A model generated the notes under the pieces. It had not been told where the DNA came from, ran no database searches, and was given only the letters and a program-made list of their open reading frames with translations. 64,000 nt of DNA from Isurus oxyrinchus (taxonomy: Eukaryota): contig JANJGN010000546.1 of NCBI GenBank assembly GCA_026770705.1, positions 248,001-312,000 of the forward strand, in the 5' to 3' direction. Made by a program: the position numbers and the translations under genes. Positions within the stretch are counted from its first letter, which is position 1. Each line of letters starts with the position of its first letter. Shown here piece by piece: positions 62,401-64,000 of the stretch.

Positions 62401-64000
62401 AACCCCACAACGTTCTGACCCCCTGAATTTGGCTGTGAAACCCACTGACCCAAAGGAGAAACTCCTGGTCAATGACTGTCCACCTGTGAGCAGAAATATC
62501 AACACAGGGACAGGACACAAAGGGTTAACAGTTTACCAGCATCTCAAAACAGGAGCTGCTCTGTCACTTTGATCCAACTTCCTCATTTTGTCTCACAGTG
62601 ACACATCCACCCTTTCTAATTAAACACACAGAGGGAGCAGCACAGGAAGAGGTCATTCAGCCCAAACAGAGCGTGTGAGCAGTTTCTCCCCAGGCGAGCA
62701 GTCGGACAGGTCCTGGTTAAGTAACGGAACGATTGGAATTCACTTCCACCACCAACACTGTCCTTTGTTGATGTTGTGACTTTATAAAGACAGATTCCAA
62801 TGATTGATGCCTTTGAAAGATTTCTACTGATTATTAAGATCAGGGTGTGAGGCTCAGGTCTGTTGTACAGAACATCTTTCTAGCTCAAAGGATGAGGGAA
62901 GAGCAGGGACATGAGCTTTGGGACATCCTGAGGTGGTGAAAGGTGCTATAGAAATGCAAGTCCTTCACTGATTTATTTTTTTACAGCTTTTTAACTCTCT
63001 GCAGAGCACCTATCATCCCACAGAGAACCAAATTAGTCTGTGAAGACATTGTCTAAAAGCAGTTCTGATCTCTTGAGAGCTGTCGGACAAGAGGTGAGGT
63101 CTCATTAACTCCTTTCTCTTTCACAGTTTAAGAGTCAGAAGCTAAAGGCATATCTGGGAGTGGACAATGGTTGGGAAATCTTACTTCCTCCTGTCACTTC
63201 TCCAAGGTAATAACATCGTCAGCTTGGACAGACTTATGGCTAATAGTCTTTGTAAAAGAACATTCTTATGGAGCTCTGATAGGGAACTGATTCAGCAGTG
63301 AGTCAGTGTACAAACTCACACCACGTCCCATTCACCCATCACCCCTGTGCTCACTGATATACACTGACTCCCTGTCTGACAGCAGAACTGCAGGACAGCA
63401 GAGACCTCAAAGGGTTTCAGGGCTGGAGGAGGTGACAGTGATAGGGATTAGAGATGGAGAATGGAGGGATAAGGAATCAATGAAGAGATTTTGAAAATTG
63501 AGGCATTGCTGGACTGGGAGCCAGTGTAGGTCAGTGAGTGACAGGGGAGCGATCGGCTGAATAGAGAAGCAGGGATAAAAACTGGGGGATGAAGTCTATC
63601 CTGATGCAAGCACTCCGATATCAATGCCCTGAAATTTTTCTCTCTTGCTGATTTTCATCAGAATTTCCCATGAAGACAACACAGAAGCTCTTAGATTAGA
63701 CAGGCAGTTCAGCGTCACACTTCCTGTCCATTCTCACCATGTTAGAAAATTCGATAAGATAGCAAGATAACTGATAGAGAGAAGGGAGGCAAAGCTGTCT
63801 GTATGTAAAACTGTCAAATATTCTGAGTTATCATGATTGTTTCTGATCTGCTGCAGAGTTTATATTTCATTGAAACTTATCACTTTGCAGCTCAGAGAGA
63901 GACCATTGACTCACTGCCTGAAAGGGCGGTGGAAGCAGATTCAACAGGAACTTTCAGAAGGGGAACTGGATAAATACTTGAAGGGGACATTTTGCAGGGC
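53440..64000 (+). repeat. Segmental duplicate of ~1900-12520 (offset ~51.4 kb)
   Basis: Colinear near-identity including introns, LINE fragments and minisatellites. Offsets are 51429 (TM), 51372 (tail 1) and 51481 (tail 3). Confidence 0.95.
53955..63770 (+). pseudogene. Gene C: 5'-truncated pseudogene duplicate of gene A (C2, TM and all three tail cassettes)
   Basis: The C2 exon at 53955 has lost its pyrimidine tract and has a 27-nt deletion removing the donor. The TM exon 55474-55569 has a 1-nt deletion (96 vs 97 nt). Tail-1 exons 56322-56406, 56918-57022 and 58112-58228 are intact. The tail-2 first exon (~60448) has a shifted acceptor and TGG>TAG. The tail-3 first exon (62632) has the donor changed gt>tt. 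No V or first C2 exon lies upstream. Confidence 0.85.

Overview
Eukaryotic DNA, most likely from a cartilaginous fish (inferred from the CR1/L2/Penelope/SINE-derived repeat content), carrying a + strand cluster of Siglec-like (sialic-acid-binding Ig-like lectin; CD22/MAG/CD33-related type) genes. I reconstructed them exon by exon from splice sites and phases. Gene A (354-12289; leader exon outside the window) is V-C2-C2-TM followed by three alternative cytoplasmic-tail cassettes: a tail with three YxN motifs, a truncated tail, and an unrelated tail with a single Tyr. Gene B (18717-43365) has four tandem V-set exons on a ~3.56-kb period in front of one C2x5-TM region. It ends in a CD33-like ITIM + ITIM-like tail (LLYANI, TEYAQI). 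A and B share near-identical ectodomain exons but have different tails, which resembles a paired-receptor arrangement kept similar by gene conversion. Gene C (53955 to the window end) is a ~51.4-kb-offset duplicate of the 3' part of A and is a pseudogene. The rest is retroelement fragments (CR1, L2-like, Gypsy including a Gmr1-like order, Penelope, LTRs), minisatellites and three N gaps. The best candidate for an undescribed system is a modular Siglec locus with arrays of ligand-binding V exons and arrays of signalling tails. No transcript evidence is available here, so exon usage is inferred.
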